DNA from: a phage | Length of the DNA stretch: 64,000 bases | Direction: 5' to 3' (one strand) | Sequence record: PV357171.2 | Shown here: in pieces, positions 35,583-45,297 of the stretch | How the letters are laid out: every line of letters begins with the position of its first letter | Numbering within the stretch: the stretch's first letter is position 1 | The notes under the pieces: model-generated | What the model was told of the DNA's origin: nothing | What the model saw: the letters and a program-made list of their open reading frames with translations, nothing else | Databases searched by the model: none | Position numbers and translations under genes: made by a program

Positions 35583-38346
35583 CTAGCTCTGACATTGCTT
35601 CCTCGTGCATCTGACGTTCTTCCTCTGTCATGAATTTGAAAGGAATTGGCATACACTCGATTTTACAATAGGTTCTGTACCAGTCTACGATATTCTCCGT
35701 GTTCATATCTTTACCAATACCCATCATACCAAGATACATTCTAGCATATTTTGGGTTAGCACTCTGACCTGTTTTAAGGAAGAAATCTTTCTTCTTACCT
35801 TTCAGAGCTTCTATGAAAGGTTTGATAGTGACATTTGAACACTTCTTAATATCTTCCCAGAACATCTCATGCATCTTATGGAAGAATGCAGCTCGATCAT
35901 TCGGCTTATCTTTGATATATTGTTCAACATGCTCAACGGTTACATCTTTAATAGACTCCAGATGATAATAGCGAACAAGAAGTAGTTTAGCTTCATACGC
36001 ATCCGCATGACGTGGAGCACAATAATCAGGAGTTGAGTGCAGAATAGCTTTGATTCGCTCTTCTGTATACTCTTTACCAGCACCTTCAATAGTTCCCCAG
36101 CTTTCACTGAAAATATCAATAGTTGCACCCTGATCAAGTAAGTAATAACGTAAAGTACTAGTATAGTTCCTAGATTCCAGCTCCCTGCGACGTGCGTATA
36201 ATTGCTGTGCTAACTCCAGCCAACCCTCATCAATATTATATTGTTCAGAACCTGCGGAGAATCCACTAGTGGATTTATCAATAAAATAATAGATATTCTG
36301 AGCACCACGGTCGCGCCTGATTGCTTGGAAACGCATGTTTGGCGCTTGATTACTGGTTCTAGTAATAACAAATACGTTATCAAAATAGTTGAAGTCAACT
36401 CCACTCGTTACGGATGGACTACATAATAAGCAATCAATTTGTTGATCAATTAGCTCATTAGTTGTATAATCCAGAATACGTCGAATATCCACATCTGAGG
36501 TAGAGTTTGAATGGATTTCCTTAACTAACGCACCCGTATTACGACGCAGTGCCATACCCTTCTCATTCAGTTCATCCGGTCCACAGTCAGATACTAGGAT
36601 AGATTTTTCACCCATCTCTAGAGATGTCTGAAGTGCAACCCAAATACTGGATTCATCCGGGAACTCATAAGCATGAGCTTTTGATAGCATTTTACGGTGA
36701 TGATTATAGAATGCAACTGGTTTATCGAACTCAATCAAAGAACCATATGCTTCAATTGTTTCAGCACTAATATCACCATCTGATAGTATAATGATTTTTG
36801 CAGTTGCAAGAATATCACGAAGAACCTGAATACACTCACGACGTTGTTTAACAACCGGGGCGAATAATAGGTCATTCATTACTGCATCACATTCATCGAT
36901 AAAGATTGCATCAATTTGACCAATAAAACTCTTGAACTTATGCAAAGAGTGAATAGTTGTGGACATACGGTCAATAGCACCACGCTTAAAATTAAGCATA
37001 TCTACAGACTTATCATATTGTCCTGCACTAAATTTCTTGGCATTTGAAGACACCAGTGCTCTAGTATTGGTAATTGCTAAGAAATTACCTTTAATAACTC
37101 CTGAATCCAGCCAACGAACAACAGCCGTTGTTTTACCTGTGCCTAGACTTGCTTTTACAAAAGTCATATAGCCTTCTGGTGGTACAGTATTTAATTTCAA
37201 GAAGTTGTCGGTCTCTAGTGAATTAGTTTCTAGCTTTTTAAGTGGAATACCTTTTAAAATATCCGGTATATCACGTTTAGAATTATTAACAAACGCTTTC
37301 AGAGCCTGCTTACGACCGTTGTTAAAGTAATCTTGAATATTACGACTATTATCTTTAGTTGCAATATATTCTGATAAGGCTGGACGGATTTCTTTTTCTA
37401 GCCATGCGAAGTCAACACCATCCTCTAAAGCTCTGTGATAGAGTTTAGGTATGATACGTAGGTACACTCCATCCTCAGCTTCTTCTAGTTCGCTGATAGT
37501 TTCCTCTACTTTATCAGAGGCAGCTTTTTTACCTTTAATTTGATCGAGTAAAGAGTAAAACTCCTCTTTAAACTCACCTCTAGTTGTTTCATAATCAACT
37601 AGATTATTGGGTAAGTTTACCTTAGAACCCTTAACAAATACCAGACGTGAAGCACCCTCCGCTTTAAACGGATCTACTATACCATCATTAAATAACGGAT
37701 CTGCAAAATAATGGAGCTGTACGGAAGAGTAATAAGCTAAGTCGGCAATATCAAAGCCATACTTTTGTCTACTACTTTCGTTGATAGATGTAAATAAGAA
37801 TTTGATTTGACCCTGAGTCACTTTAATATTAGATTCTAGTATTAAGTGCATTCGGATACCTGGTTTTAGCCCGGCCGAAGACGATGCATGAGCGATAAAC
37901 CCTGCATCAAGAGGAAACATATCCTCACTAATACTATTTAACATTCTAATAATATGTCGAGCCATGCCAACAAGATCAAACTTGTTACAACCACCTGTAT
38001 CTACAATACCATCCACGTCCATTGCGATTATATGACTTGGGTTAGATACATTAAAGTTGCCCTTCTTACGTCGCACATTATTTTTAGGTGCAAGACATCG
38101 ACCTCGTACCGCAACGATATGAGGGTCAGACGTTAAACGTCTCATAAGAGGAAGCATTTCTACTAGGGTTTGAGGATCAACTTCATCAATTACATCAAAC
38201 TTGAAGGGCATTGAAGCTGGTTTACCTTCAGGATGCTTTGAGGAAAATCTTTTAGCAAAAAGATAATCTTCTGCTTTAACTTCTCGCCAATTACCTGTGG
38301 CTAAATCGCGATGAAATCCTGCATGACCTTGTAGGATTGAGAACAC
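35557..38346 (-). CDS. replication origin-binding-protein-like SF2 helicase/ATPase
   Basis: Walker A (ASLGTGKTTAV), DExx-like box (FIDECDA), about 930 aa; probable GTG start at 38346 seven nt after AGGAG (ORF track extends to 38424 with TTG). Confidence 0.55.
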   Translation of the reverse strand: MFSILQGHAGFHRDLATGNWREVKAEDYLFAKRFSSKHPEGKPASMPFKFDVIDEVDPQTLVEMLPLMRRLTSDPHIVAVRGRCLAPKNNVRRKKGNFNVSNPSHIIAMDVDGIVDTGGCNKFDLVGMARHIIRMLNSISEDMFPLDAGFIAHASSSAGLKPGIRMHLILESNIKVTQGQIKFLFTSINESSRQKYGFDIADLAYYSSVQLHYFADPLFNDGIVDPFKAEGASRLVFVKGSKVNLPNNLVDYETTRGEFKEEFYSLLDQIKGKKAASDKVEETISELEEAEDGVYLRIIPKLYHRALEDGVDFAWLEKEIRPALSEYIATKDNSRNIQDYFNNGRKQALKAFVNNSKRDIPDILKGIPLKKLETNSLETDNFLKLNTVPPEGYMTFVKASLGTGKTTAVVRWLDSGVIKGNFLAITNTRALVSSNAKKFSAGQYDKSVDMLNFKRGAIDRMSTTIHSLHKFKSFIGQIDAIFIDECDAVMNDLLFAPVVKQRRECIQVLRDILATAKIIILSDGDISAETIEAYGSLIEFDKPVAFYNHHRKMLSKAHAYEFPDESSIWVALQTSLEMGEKSILVSDCGPDELNEKGMALRRNTGALVKEIHSNSTSDVDIRRILDYTTNELIDQQIDCLLCSPSVTSGVDFNYFDNVFVITRTSNQAPNMRFQAIRRDRGAQNIYYFIDKSTSGFSAGSEQYNIDEGWLELAQQLYARRRELESRNYTSTLRYYLLDQGATIDIFSESWGTIEGAGKEYTEERIKAILHSTPDYCAPRHADAYEAKLLLVRYYHLESIKDVTVEHVEQYIKDKPNDRAAFFHKMHEMFWEDIKKCSNVTIKPFIEALKGKKKDFFLKTGQSANPKYARMYLGMMGIGKDMNTENIVDWYRTYCKIECMPIPFKFMTEEERQMHEEAMSELGARNDSEE

Positions 38347-38843
38347 AACAATACTCCTGTGTTGGAAATGAAATAAGTTTTCTTTAGGACTATTCAGAAA
38401 GAATAGAACAACTGTTACTGTCAATTTCTCAACAAATTAATCGCAAATACTGAAGTGGGGTGGCAACTTCCACTTTCACGCTACACTGCCGCTTCACTAT
38501 ACCGCACAAATCCTTGAGGATGGCCGCTAAGCCAGATTTGCTCACCTAATGCTTCATGTACTAGCTCATACTAGATGCAGTATACCTTACGTCATCACTT
38601 CTCAGAGTTTTTCACTCTTCCCGTCTCACTTCACAACCACCTCACACTAGGTTGCTTCGAGGCCTTACCAGGGTTCCTACGGGGTGTAGATCGCTAAGTA
38701 TTCTATTAACTATTTGTTTAAAAACTAACACGTAACAGTTAAAACAACCCTTAATGGGGCAGCCTAACTGTTCCGTATCGCGGATTGTAAACAAGAAAAA
38801 TTAGCAAAATCAGTTTTTACTAATGTCTCTCAATTATGGGAAT

Positions 38844-38873
38844 ATTATACTATAAAATAATACTCCCTTGCAA
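38844..38873 (-). promoter_or_regulatory. early promoter directing transcription into ORF-free region 38430-38836
   Basis: Reverse complement TTGCAA, 18 bp, TATAATATTCCCATAATTGAGAGA. Confidence 0.55.
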
Positions 38874-38881
38874 ATGAAATT

Positions 38882-39334
38882 TTACTGGATTGATTCCCTA
38901 CCGTATAATTGACCTCTAAACATCTTGGCCATAGAACATGCAACCTCATAGTTATCATATGTTCCTTTAACTATACGTTTACGGTTAATAGTAAATACTA
39001 CTTGCCAGTTCTTACTACCAGAAGGGTAAACATGCATTCCTTTCTTATACTTGATATTTCTTAGATTACCGGATACTGTCTGCTCTCTAAGATTTTCAAT
39101 ACGATCATCACCTTTTACAGTATTCACATGATCTACTAAATCAGGTAAGTATCCGTGATGCATTAAGAAGATAGCTCTGTGTCGGAGCATAGTTCTACTC
39201 CCTAGAGAAATACGGTAATAACCATTTCCCGTTGAAACACAACATTCCTTGCCTGCATTTCTTCCTGTAGTTCTAAATAATTTTCCATCTTCATATCGGA
39301 AATTATCTAAAAGTTCCTGTTGTGTGAGCGACAT
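38882..39334 (-). CDS. HNH homing endonuclease
   Basis: HNH motif (HRAIFLMHHGYLPDLVDHVN....DDRIENLRE); start at ATG 39334 after GGAGG. Confidence 0.65.
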   Translation of the reverse strand: MSLTQQELLDNFRYEDGKLFRTTGRNAGKECCVSTGNGYYRISLGSRTMLRHRAIFLMHHGYLPDLVDHVNTVKGDDRIENLREQTVSGNLRNIKYKKGMHVYPSGSKNWQVVFTINRKRIVKGTYDNYEVACSMAKMFRGQLYGRESIQ

Positions 39335-39473
39335 CTTTACCTCCAATACATATATTATTACATAATCCACCCAATTTGTCAATGACAATTTATTCATACT
39401 GTCAATTAACTGGAAAGATTATATAATAATCCGAGCCAAAATGACTCGGTAGTCAGAGTTCAGCTAATAAAAA

Positions 39474-39866
39474 TCATTCATCATTCAGACCTGGAACATA
39501 GATCCCAACATGGTTTAACTGTTCTTTAGCTTCTTTGAGAATATCTGGAGTGTACTCCCAAATATCATCTTCCACCTGTAAAAGATGGGGCGAACAACCA
39601 TCATCAGGCATACGACATATAGCCAAACCACGTGGATGGAACAAAGAGAAATTTAGGGCAACAATTAAACCCATAGCAGACAACTCATTCCAATCCAATT
39701 CCCATTCCCTAGCGTAGCCTGATAGGAAAACACCAATACAGGGATCGTCTATTTGCTGCTCCGGAAAAGTGAAGGAGGCTTGTCTTACCCCCAACCAACG
39801 TTGTAGCAGCTTCTCCGCACGCTTCACCAAACTAGGATCAATCTGACGCCAATATACTTGTTCCAT
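39474..39866 (-). CDS. hypothetical protein (paralog of adjacent ORF)
   Basis: Shares PCIG...W.EL.EMGL..ALN..LF.P block with 39876..40304. Confidence 0.45.
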   Translation of the reverse strand: MEQVYWRQIDPSLVKRAEKLLQRWLGVRQASFTFPEQQIDDPCIGVFLSGYAREWELDWNELSAMGLIVALNFSLFHPRGLAICRMPDDGCSPHLLQVEDDIWEYTPDILKEAKEQLNHVGIYVPGLNDE

Positions 39867-39875
39867 TCTGCCTCC

Positions 39876-40304
39876 TTAAGCAGTTAAATCTGGGATCATA
39901 TACCCGAAACGTCGAAGTTTCTGAATCCCCTCATTTACTTCTTCCGGTGAATAAGACCAACCATAACGTTCATTAACCTGAAAACCAGGAGATTCACTAG
40001 TTTTATAGTTAACAACTAGGCGATGCTTAGCAGGCATAAACAGCTTATAATTTAACGCAAAAACTAAGCCCATTTCATCTAACTCTTTCCAGCCTACAAT
40101 CTCTTCAAGACCCTCCTCTACCTGAACAATTAAACCAATACAGGGGGCCTCATCAATATCATCTTTAAAAGCAAAGGAGATTTCATTATTCTCACACCAT
40201 ATTTTCAAGGAGTTAATAGCCTCATTATACAGGCTAGCTGGGAGAGTACGCCAAAAGTTAATCAAAATTGGATTAGCTTCTTTAGAGAATACATTATTGA
40301 ACAT
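39876..40304 (-). CDS. hypothetical protein (paralog of adjacent ORF)
   Basis: Tandem paralog of 39474..39866. Confidence 0.45.
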   Translation of the reverse strand: MFNNVFSKEANPILINFWRTLPASLYNEAINSLKIWCENNEISFAFKDDIDEAPCIGLIVQVEEGLEEIVGWKELDEMGLVFALNYKLFMPAKHRLVVNYKTSESPGFQVNERYGWSYSPEEVNEGIQKLRRFGYMIPDLTA

Positions 40305-40306
40305 AT

Positions 40307-40813
40307 TTACACCTTAAATTGTTGTAAGGATTTACACATTTCAAGATCTGGGCTAAATTCTAGCATATAGCTAACAGCTTTTAAATCTTGAAGATTTATC
40401 CCAGTCCTACCGTTGACTATAACCGTTGGATACTGATACATCATAGCACCCGCATCATCAAGCACACACCAATGTTTGAGCTTATGCTTTTCAACGAAAC
40501 GAAGAACAGAATTACCCCTAGATAATCCACCCCCCGTAAAATCCGTTGTACCAAGAAAACGATCGATAAGACCTAATCCGGTCATAATCTGAACGTTCTC
40601 CATCTCATTTCTAACAGAGAACCAAGATGATACCCCAACAATCATTATCGGAGAAGGACGAATAAAATCCTGAAAAGCCTTGAGAAGCGGTTTGAAAACC
40701 CAGTCACTTCCAAAGAAAATCTTTTCATTATCAGGTGCATGATGGTGGGAGATGCTCGAATTGAGCACCCCATCAATATCTAGAAAAATAATTGGAGTAT
40801 TACTTATTTCCAT
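40307..40813 (-). CDS. HAD-superfamily phosphatase-like protein
   Basis: N-terminal motif I FLDIDGVLN (DxDGxL-type). Confidence 0.5.
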   Translation of the reverse strand: MEISNTPIIFLDIDGVLNSSISHHHAPDNEKIFFGSDWVFKPLLKAFQDFIRPSPIMIVGVSSWFSVRNEMENVQIMTGLGLIDRFLGTTDFTGGGLSRGNSVLRFVEKHKLKHWCVLDDAGAMMYQYPTVIVNGRTGINLQDLKAVSYMLEFSPDLEMCKSLQQFKV

Positions 40814-40982
40814 TTTTGTTCCTTTCTAAGAACGTATCATACTCAACCGTATCAACATATATGACGCCATAGTCATCGGATTTATAGTCCATTTCCCATA
40901 ACTCACATCGATAGCACCAACTACCATCTGCCCATACAAATATATCATCGGGATGTGTATATACAGATTTAACTATGGACAT
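40800..40982 (-). CDS. hypothetical protein
   Basis: 60-aa ORF overlapping neighbours. Confidence 0.3.
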   Translation of the reverse strand: MSIVKSVYTHPDDIFVWADGSWCYRCELWEMDYKSDDYGVIYVDTVEYDTFLERNKNGNK

Positions 40983-41805
40983 ATCTGTTTACCTTGCTTC
41001 TCGACACATAAGGTCTACCCTCTAAATGAGCTTCTACACGAGCAATAAAATCAGGATCACTGAAAGCATCTACCGCACCTTTACTCCAGTAAGGGATACC
41101 ACGTTCTTCCAGCTGGTACATCTCACTACGAGTCATACCTTGATAGCCCGGTTCTGCCGCTAGGCCACTATCATAGTAGTTAACAACCATAAGTTTCGCA
41201 GCAGTCAAATTAAGAACAGGAAATAATTCCCAGTAGAAGTTAATTACTTGGTTAGAGCAACCAACCACAATGATCATATCTTGACTGGTAATACCATCAA
41301 AAACATTATACATTTCTGCGTATGCAGGAGCATGTTCTCCAAAGAAGATTACATTAGGTTTAACCCATTTATAATCATCTGGATCAATAGAATTATACCC
41401 TACATCAATAATCCGTTTATTGCTACTATTGTAGCTATCAGCTACAACAACCTCTTTTAAATATCCGTGAATGTGCAGAATGTCACTATGTGGAACACCA
41501 GCACGCTCAATAAGGTCATCAACGTTGGTAGTCAAGTTTACTACTTGACCTGGGTATTGTTTATACCATTCACCAATACGCAAATGCGCAAGATTGGGTT
41601 CAACAGTTTTTAGCTCTTCACGACGCTTGTTGTAAAACATATGGGTTTTATGATAAAAATTACCACGAAAGGCATGAATATTACATACTTCTTCTAGATC
41701 ATAATCATCCCACAATGCTTTACCACTAGCAGTATCAGTACGGAAGGCTCGTACACCACTTTCAACGCTCAAACCTGCACCGCTAATAATAATTAATCTA
41801 CGCAC
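40969..41805 (-). CDS. Sir2-family (sirtuin-like) NAD-dependent protein
   Basis: GAGLSVESGVRAFR (sirtuin GAGIS..SGIP.FR), TTNVDDLIERAG, HIHG catalytic His, VIFFGE and VVGCS blocks; no Zn-ribbon cysteines. Confidence 0.65.
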   Translation of the reverse strand: MRRLIIISGAGLSVESGVRAFRTDTASGKALWDDYDLEEVCNIHAFRGNFYHKTHMFYNKRREELKTVEPNLAHLRIGEWYKQYPGQVVNLTTNVDDLIERAGVPHSDILHIHGYLKEVVVADSYNSSNKRIIDVGYNSIDPDDYKWVKPNVIFFGEHAPAYAEMYNVFDGITSQDMIIVVGCSNQVINFYWELFPVLNLTAAKLMVVNYYDSGLAAEPGYQGMTRSEMYQLEERGIPYWSKGAVDAFSDPDFIARVEAHLEGRPYVSRSKVNRYVHS

Positions 41806-41999
41806 TATACGATTCCTCGCTTAAATCCTTCGATAATATTTCGGAGTAAAATTGCTTCCTCCGGGCGTACCTTTTCTTGCTTAATAAGCATATCCAATCC
41901 AGCAATACAACTAGTTACACCAGCATTATAACCAGAGTTCCATTGCTCAATGAGCATGTTTTCTAGATTACTTTTTAGATTCTGATTCAAGAAGTCCAT
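41805..41999 (-). CDS. hypothetical protein
   Basis: 64-aa ORF. Confidence 0.3.
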   Translation of the reverse strand: MDFLNQNLKSNLENMLIEQWNSGYNAGVTSCIAGLDMLIKQEKVRPEEAILLRNIIEGFKRGIV

Positions 42000-42171
42000 A
42001 AAGTCTCTCCTCTAATTCCATAATACGATTTTCATAAGAGGCACGCAACTTTTCAATTGCCAGCGCACGCACTGTAACCTCATTAGAGTTAATAGCTAAT
42101 TGGGCCAGATCTTCTGTTTCCATACGTCCGTTGTAAATTAAGCGATATTTAAGATGTTTTACGTTTTTCAT
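41968..42171 (-). CDS. hypothetical protein
   Basis: 67-aa ORF. Confidence 0.3.
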   Translation of the reverse strand: MKNVKHLKYRLIYNGRMETEDLAQLAINSNEVTVRALAIEKLRASYENRIMELEERLYGLLESESKK

Positions 42172-42180
42172 TCTTGTTCC

Positions 42181-42462
42181 TTAGTTCTGTACTGTAAATT
42201 CATTCTTATCACAGTGAGCGTAATAATACCCATACATGCGATAAATTTTCACAGCCTTAGTAGACCCCTTCGATTCTTCATAATCAATCCAGAGCCACTT
42301 GTCTTTACCTACATAATGTACCCGAAACTTCTTAACTTTCTTATCATTCCATGTTGCAACAACACGACGATAATCAAATCCACCCAACCAATCTAGAGCC
42401 TTACGTTCTTCACTAGGCCCTCCAAGATGGGAGACATCTACTTTAGGAAGCAACTCGCTCAT
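42181..42462 (-). CDS. hypothetical protein
   Basis: 93-aa ORF with own promoter. Confidence 0.4.
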   Translation of the reverse strand: MSELLPKVDVSHLGGPSEERKALDWLGGFDYRRVVATWNDKKVKKFRVHYVGKDKWLWIDYEESKGSTKAVKIYRMYGYYYAHCDKNEFTVQN

Positions 42463-42490
42463 AGCTTTCTCCTCTCAAATTTATAAATCA

Positions 42491-42519
42491 ATTATACATA
42501 AATTTTTGGCTGAAAGCAA
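42491..42519 (-). promoter_or_regulatory. early promoter
   Basis: Reverse complement TTGCTT, 17 bp, TATAATTGATTTATAAATTTGAGAGGAG. Confidence 0.6.
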
Positions 42520-42520
42520 A

Positions 42521-42553
42521 TAAAATAAAAGCCAGGTCGACTAGCAACCTGGC
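42521..42553 (-). terminator. rho-independent terminator after nrdD (minus strand)
   Basis: Stem GCCAGGT / ACCTGGC followed by T-rich run on minus strand. Confidence 0.55.
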
Positions 42554-42561
42554 TGATTAGC

Positions 42562-44388
42562 TTACTTAAGATTTAAGTGTTTTACTCTACCAAGTACTTC
42601 TTTTTGTTTCCCAGAATTGAAAGGCCTACTGCCCGGGGATCCCAGGTACCCGCAAACCCTACGTGTAACCTCTATTTCTTCAGATCCACAACTCGGACAT
42701 ACAAACCCACGTTCAGAGGCAACAGATTCACCCATATACCCACAGTTGAAGCACTCATCAATTGGTATATTAACACCAATATAATGACTACATTCTAGTC
42801 CCTTATCTACTACGTATTCAAGAGCTTTATGGAACTTTTTCATTTGTGGTAGTTCCACAAACGATATATTACCACCATTAGCTATTTTGGTGAAATGAGC
42901 TTCATACTCAAATTTAGTATCCGGAGCTACCTTCTCCCTTACGTCCAAATGATGACTATTAGTGAGATAGCCTTTATCTGTTAGCCAAGAATACTCAGGG
43001 AACCTACGTTCCAGTAGTTTATTAAAGCGATTACATAGAGACTCACTAGGAGTAGCATACAAGCTAAACCCAAGATTAGTCTCATTAGCTTTAACTTCGC
43101 AACGATTTTTTAGGTGAGTAAGAACTTCCTCTGTAAATTCAATACAGTCCCTATGAGTCTGCGGTAAACTAAACATTATTTGGCACATCTCATAGACCCC
43201 AATATACCCAAGAGATACAGAAGATCTACCCTCAAAAATTGGCCATACATACTCTTCCCTATCTAAACGCACACCAAAACCACCGTGCATATAAAGAATA
43301 GGGGCTTGTTTAGCCTTCACTTTCTTAAGTCTATCCAAGAAAAAATCATGAGCTTCAAAAGCCTCATCCACATATTTGTCCAGAATATCCCAGAAATCTT
43401 CAAAAACCCCATCTGCCTCAGCAGCAACCATAGGTAGATTAATAGACACTACACCTAAATTATTGCGCCCTGCAATTTCTCCGGAGGGGATAGCAGATAA
43501 AAAGCTACGACAACCCATAGGGGCTTTAAAATCACCAGTAACAGCTATAACTTTCTCATAGCTTAAATAGTCTGGGTACATACGGGTAGCAGAACACTCA
43601 AGTGCTAGCTGTTTTATATCATAGTTAGGATCGCCTGGATTTTTATTTAACCCTTCTTTAACTGAGAATACTAGTTTAGGGAAGATAGGGGTTGACTCGG
43701 CAGCACCTAAACCTTTAATACGATTTTGGAGGATGGCTTTCTGAATCATCCTTTCCTCCCACTCCTGACCTAATCCAAAGCCAAGCGTAACAAAAGGGGT
43801 CTGCCCGTTAGAGTTAAATAATGAATTAGTTTCATACTCTAGAGCTTGGAATGCATCATAACACTCTTTTTCAGTAAGCTCAGTAGCATACACAGCAGCT
43901 TTTCTTTCATCCTTGAGCCAACGTAGCCCACGACCCAGATGTTTATTGTAAGACTTTCTGACATACGGGGCTAGAACCTCGTCGATACGATCAATAGAGG
44001 TACCACCATACTGAGCACCAGATACTTGGGCAATAATCTGAGCAGTGATTGCACATGCAGTAGTTATGGATTTAGGAGTTTCAATATTTGCATTACCGAT
44101 TTTAGTACCATTCTTCAGCATGCCCCCCAGATCTACTAAACAACAGTTGGTGTACCCTTGTGCTCTGTAGTCCATGTCATGAATGTGTATTTTACCTAGA
44201 TTATGCGCGTCTAACAGGTGTTTAGGTAATTCTTGCGATACTAAATACTTGTTAATTTCCCCAGCTAATAAGTCCCTTTGAGTATGGAACATCTCACTAG
44301 GCTTATTAGCATTATTATGTTGTAAGTCTTTATCCGCAGTTAGAGTGAGCAGACCTTTGCAATTTTCAATTAATTCATTCTCTGTCAT
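42562..44388 (-). CDS. nrdD: anaerobic ribonucleoside-triphosphate reductase (class III)
   Basis: C-terminal CxxC...CxxC zinc site (CFNC...CPSC) and glycyl-radical motif RVCGYLGS. Confidence 0.8.
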   Translation of the reverse strand: MTENELIENCKGLLTLTADKDLQHNNANKPSEMFHTQRDLLAGEINKYLVSQELPKHLLDAHNLGKIHIHDMDYRAQGYTNCCLVDLGGMLKNGTKIGNANIETPKSITTACAITAQIIAQVSGAQYGGTSIDRIDEVLAPYVRKSYNKHLGRGLRWLKDERKAAVYATELTEKECYDAFQALEYETNSLFNSNGQTPFVTLGFGLGQEWEERMIQKAILQNRIKGLGAAESTPIFPKLVFSVKEGLNKNPGDPNYDIKQLALECSATRMYPDYLSYEKVIAVTGDFKAPMGCRSFLSAIPSGEIAGRNNLGVVSINLPMVAAEADGVFEDFWDILDKYVDEAFEAHDFFLDRLKKVKAKQAPILYMHGGFGVRLDREEYVWPIFEGRSSVSLGYIGVYEMCQIMFSLPQTHRDCIEFTEEVLTHLKNRCEVKANETNLGFSLYATPSESLCNRFNKLLERRFPEYSWLTDKGYLTNSHHLDVREKVAPDTKFEYEAHFTKIANGGNISFVELPQMKKFHKALEYVVDKGLECSHYIGVNIPIDECFNCGYMGESVASERGFVCPSCGSEEIEVTRRVCGYLGSPGSRPFNSGKQKEVLGRVKHLNLK

Positions 44389-45046
44389 TGATTATTTCCT
44401 CGATAAACCTTGCTACTATTTCTGGCTCAATACTAAAAAATTCTGTAGCACCATCAAAATCTTTGTACTGACAATTATATTCCTTAAACTGTAAATGGGC
44501 CTCTCTTTCAATACGCATAGCTTTTGATCTATCTGAAAAGCTATATTCCTTAAATATTTTTAAATCATGTATGTTAGAAGAAGTTTTAATATCTCTGAGT
44601 CTATCTTTAGTTCTGCTAGACACCCCTATTTTGGTTCCCACACTACTTATTAAAATATATACGTTAGTAGGATAATTATCCTTCTCTAATAAACATATAG
44701 GACAACCAGAATTATGATTTCTAACACTATCAAGTGTAGACTCCCATCTATGATTATTCTCACAGCTGAACATAATTTTACTCTTAGAATTGATGTATTT
44801 ACCTTCCATCTTTATTCCACGAGCAGCTAAGGATTCATTTACCTCTTTAAGATCTAAAGTACGACTAGCACAATAAGGGCAACCTCTCCCACCTTTTACA
44901 TTATCTACTCTAGCCTCCCAGATATGTCCATTAGAGCACTTAAATACAGCATTGGATTTAGCTGATATATACGTGCTTAGCATAATTATTCCTCTGGGAG
45001 CAAGTGTTAAGTTCACATCTTCTGTAGTTATTTTCTTTCTTACCAT
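44375..45046 (-). CDS. T5orf172/GIY-YIG-like domain protein with N-terminal duplicated zinc ribbons
   Basis: Two C..H...C..C repeats, then NVYILISSVGTKIGVS..R block resembling the T5orf172 (GIY-YIG superfamily) domain. Confidence 0.5.
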   Translation of the reverse strand: MVRKKITTEDVNLTLAPRGIIMLSTYISAKSNAVFKCSNGHIWEARVDNVKGGRGCPYCASRTLDLKEVNESLAARGIKMEGKYINSKSKIMFSCENNHRWESTLDSVRNHNSGCPICLLEKDNYPTNVYILISSVGTKIGVSSRTKDRLRDIKTSSNIHDLKIFKEYSFSDRSKAMRIEREAHLQFKEYNCQYKDFDGATEFFSIEPEIVARFIEEIINDRE

Positions 45047-45067
45047 TAAATTCTCCTTAATTCACAT

Positions 45068-45096
45068 ATTATACACAATTCCACCCCATAAGTCAA
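45068..45096 (-). promoter_or_regulatory. consensus sigma70 promoter (TTGACT, 17 bp, TATAAT)
   Basis: Reverse complement TTGACTTATGGGGTGGAATTGTGTATAAT, then AAGGAG RBS. Confidence 0.6.
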
Positions 45097-45268
45097 CTAC
45101 ATTTTTCTAATACTATTTGACTTTTGATTTTTATCAATTTTTATTGATGCTATACAGCATAATATCTTTACATATAAATAAATGATTATCTAGTATCATA
45201 TTTTTACCTTTATAAGCAAGTAAATTTTTTACTTAAAAGCAATATCATAGGTTTATTTAAAATTATAC

Positions 45269-45297
45269 TTGCTTTTTGCTGTAAACCTTGTTATAAT
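45269..45297 (+). promoter_or_regulatory. early promoter (TTGCTT, 17 bp, TATAAT)
   Basis: Divergent promoter region between minus- and plus-strand early gene blocks. Confidence 0.6.
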
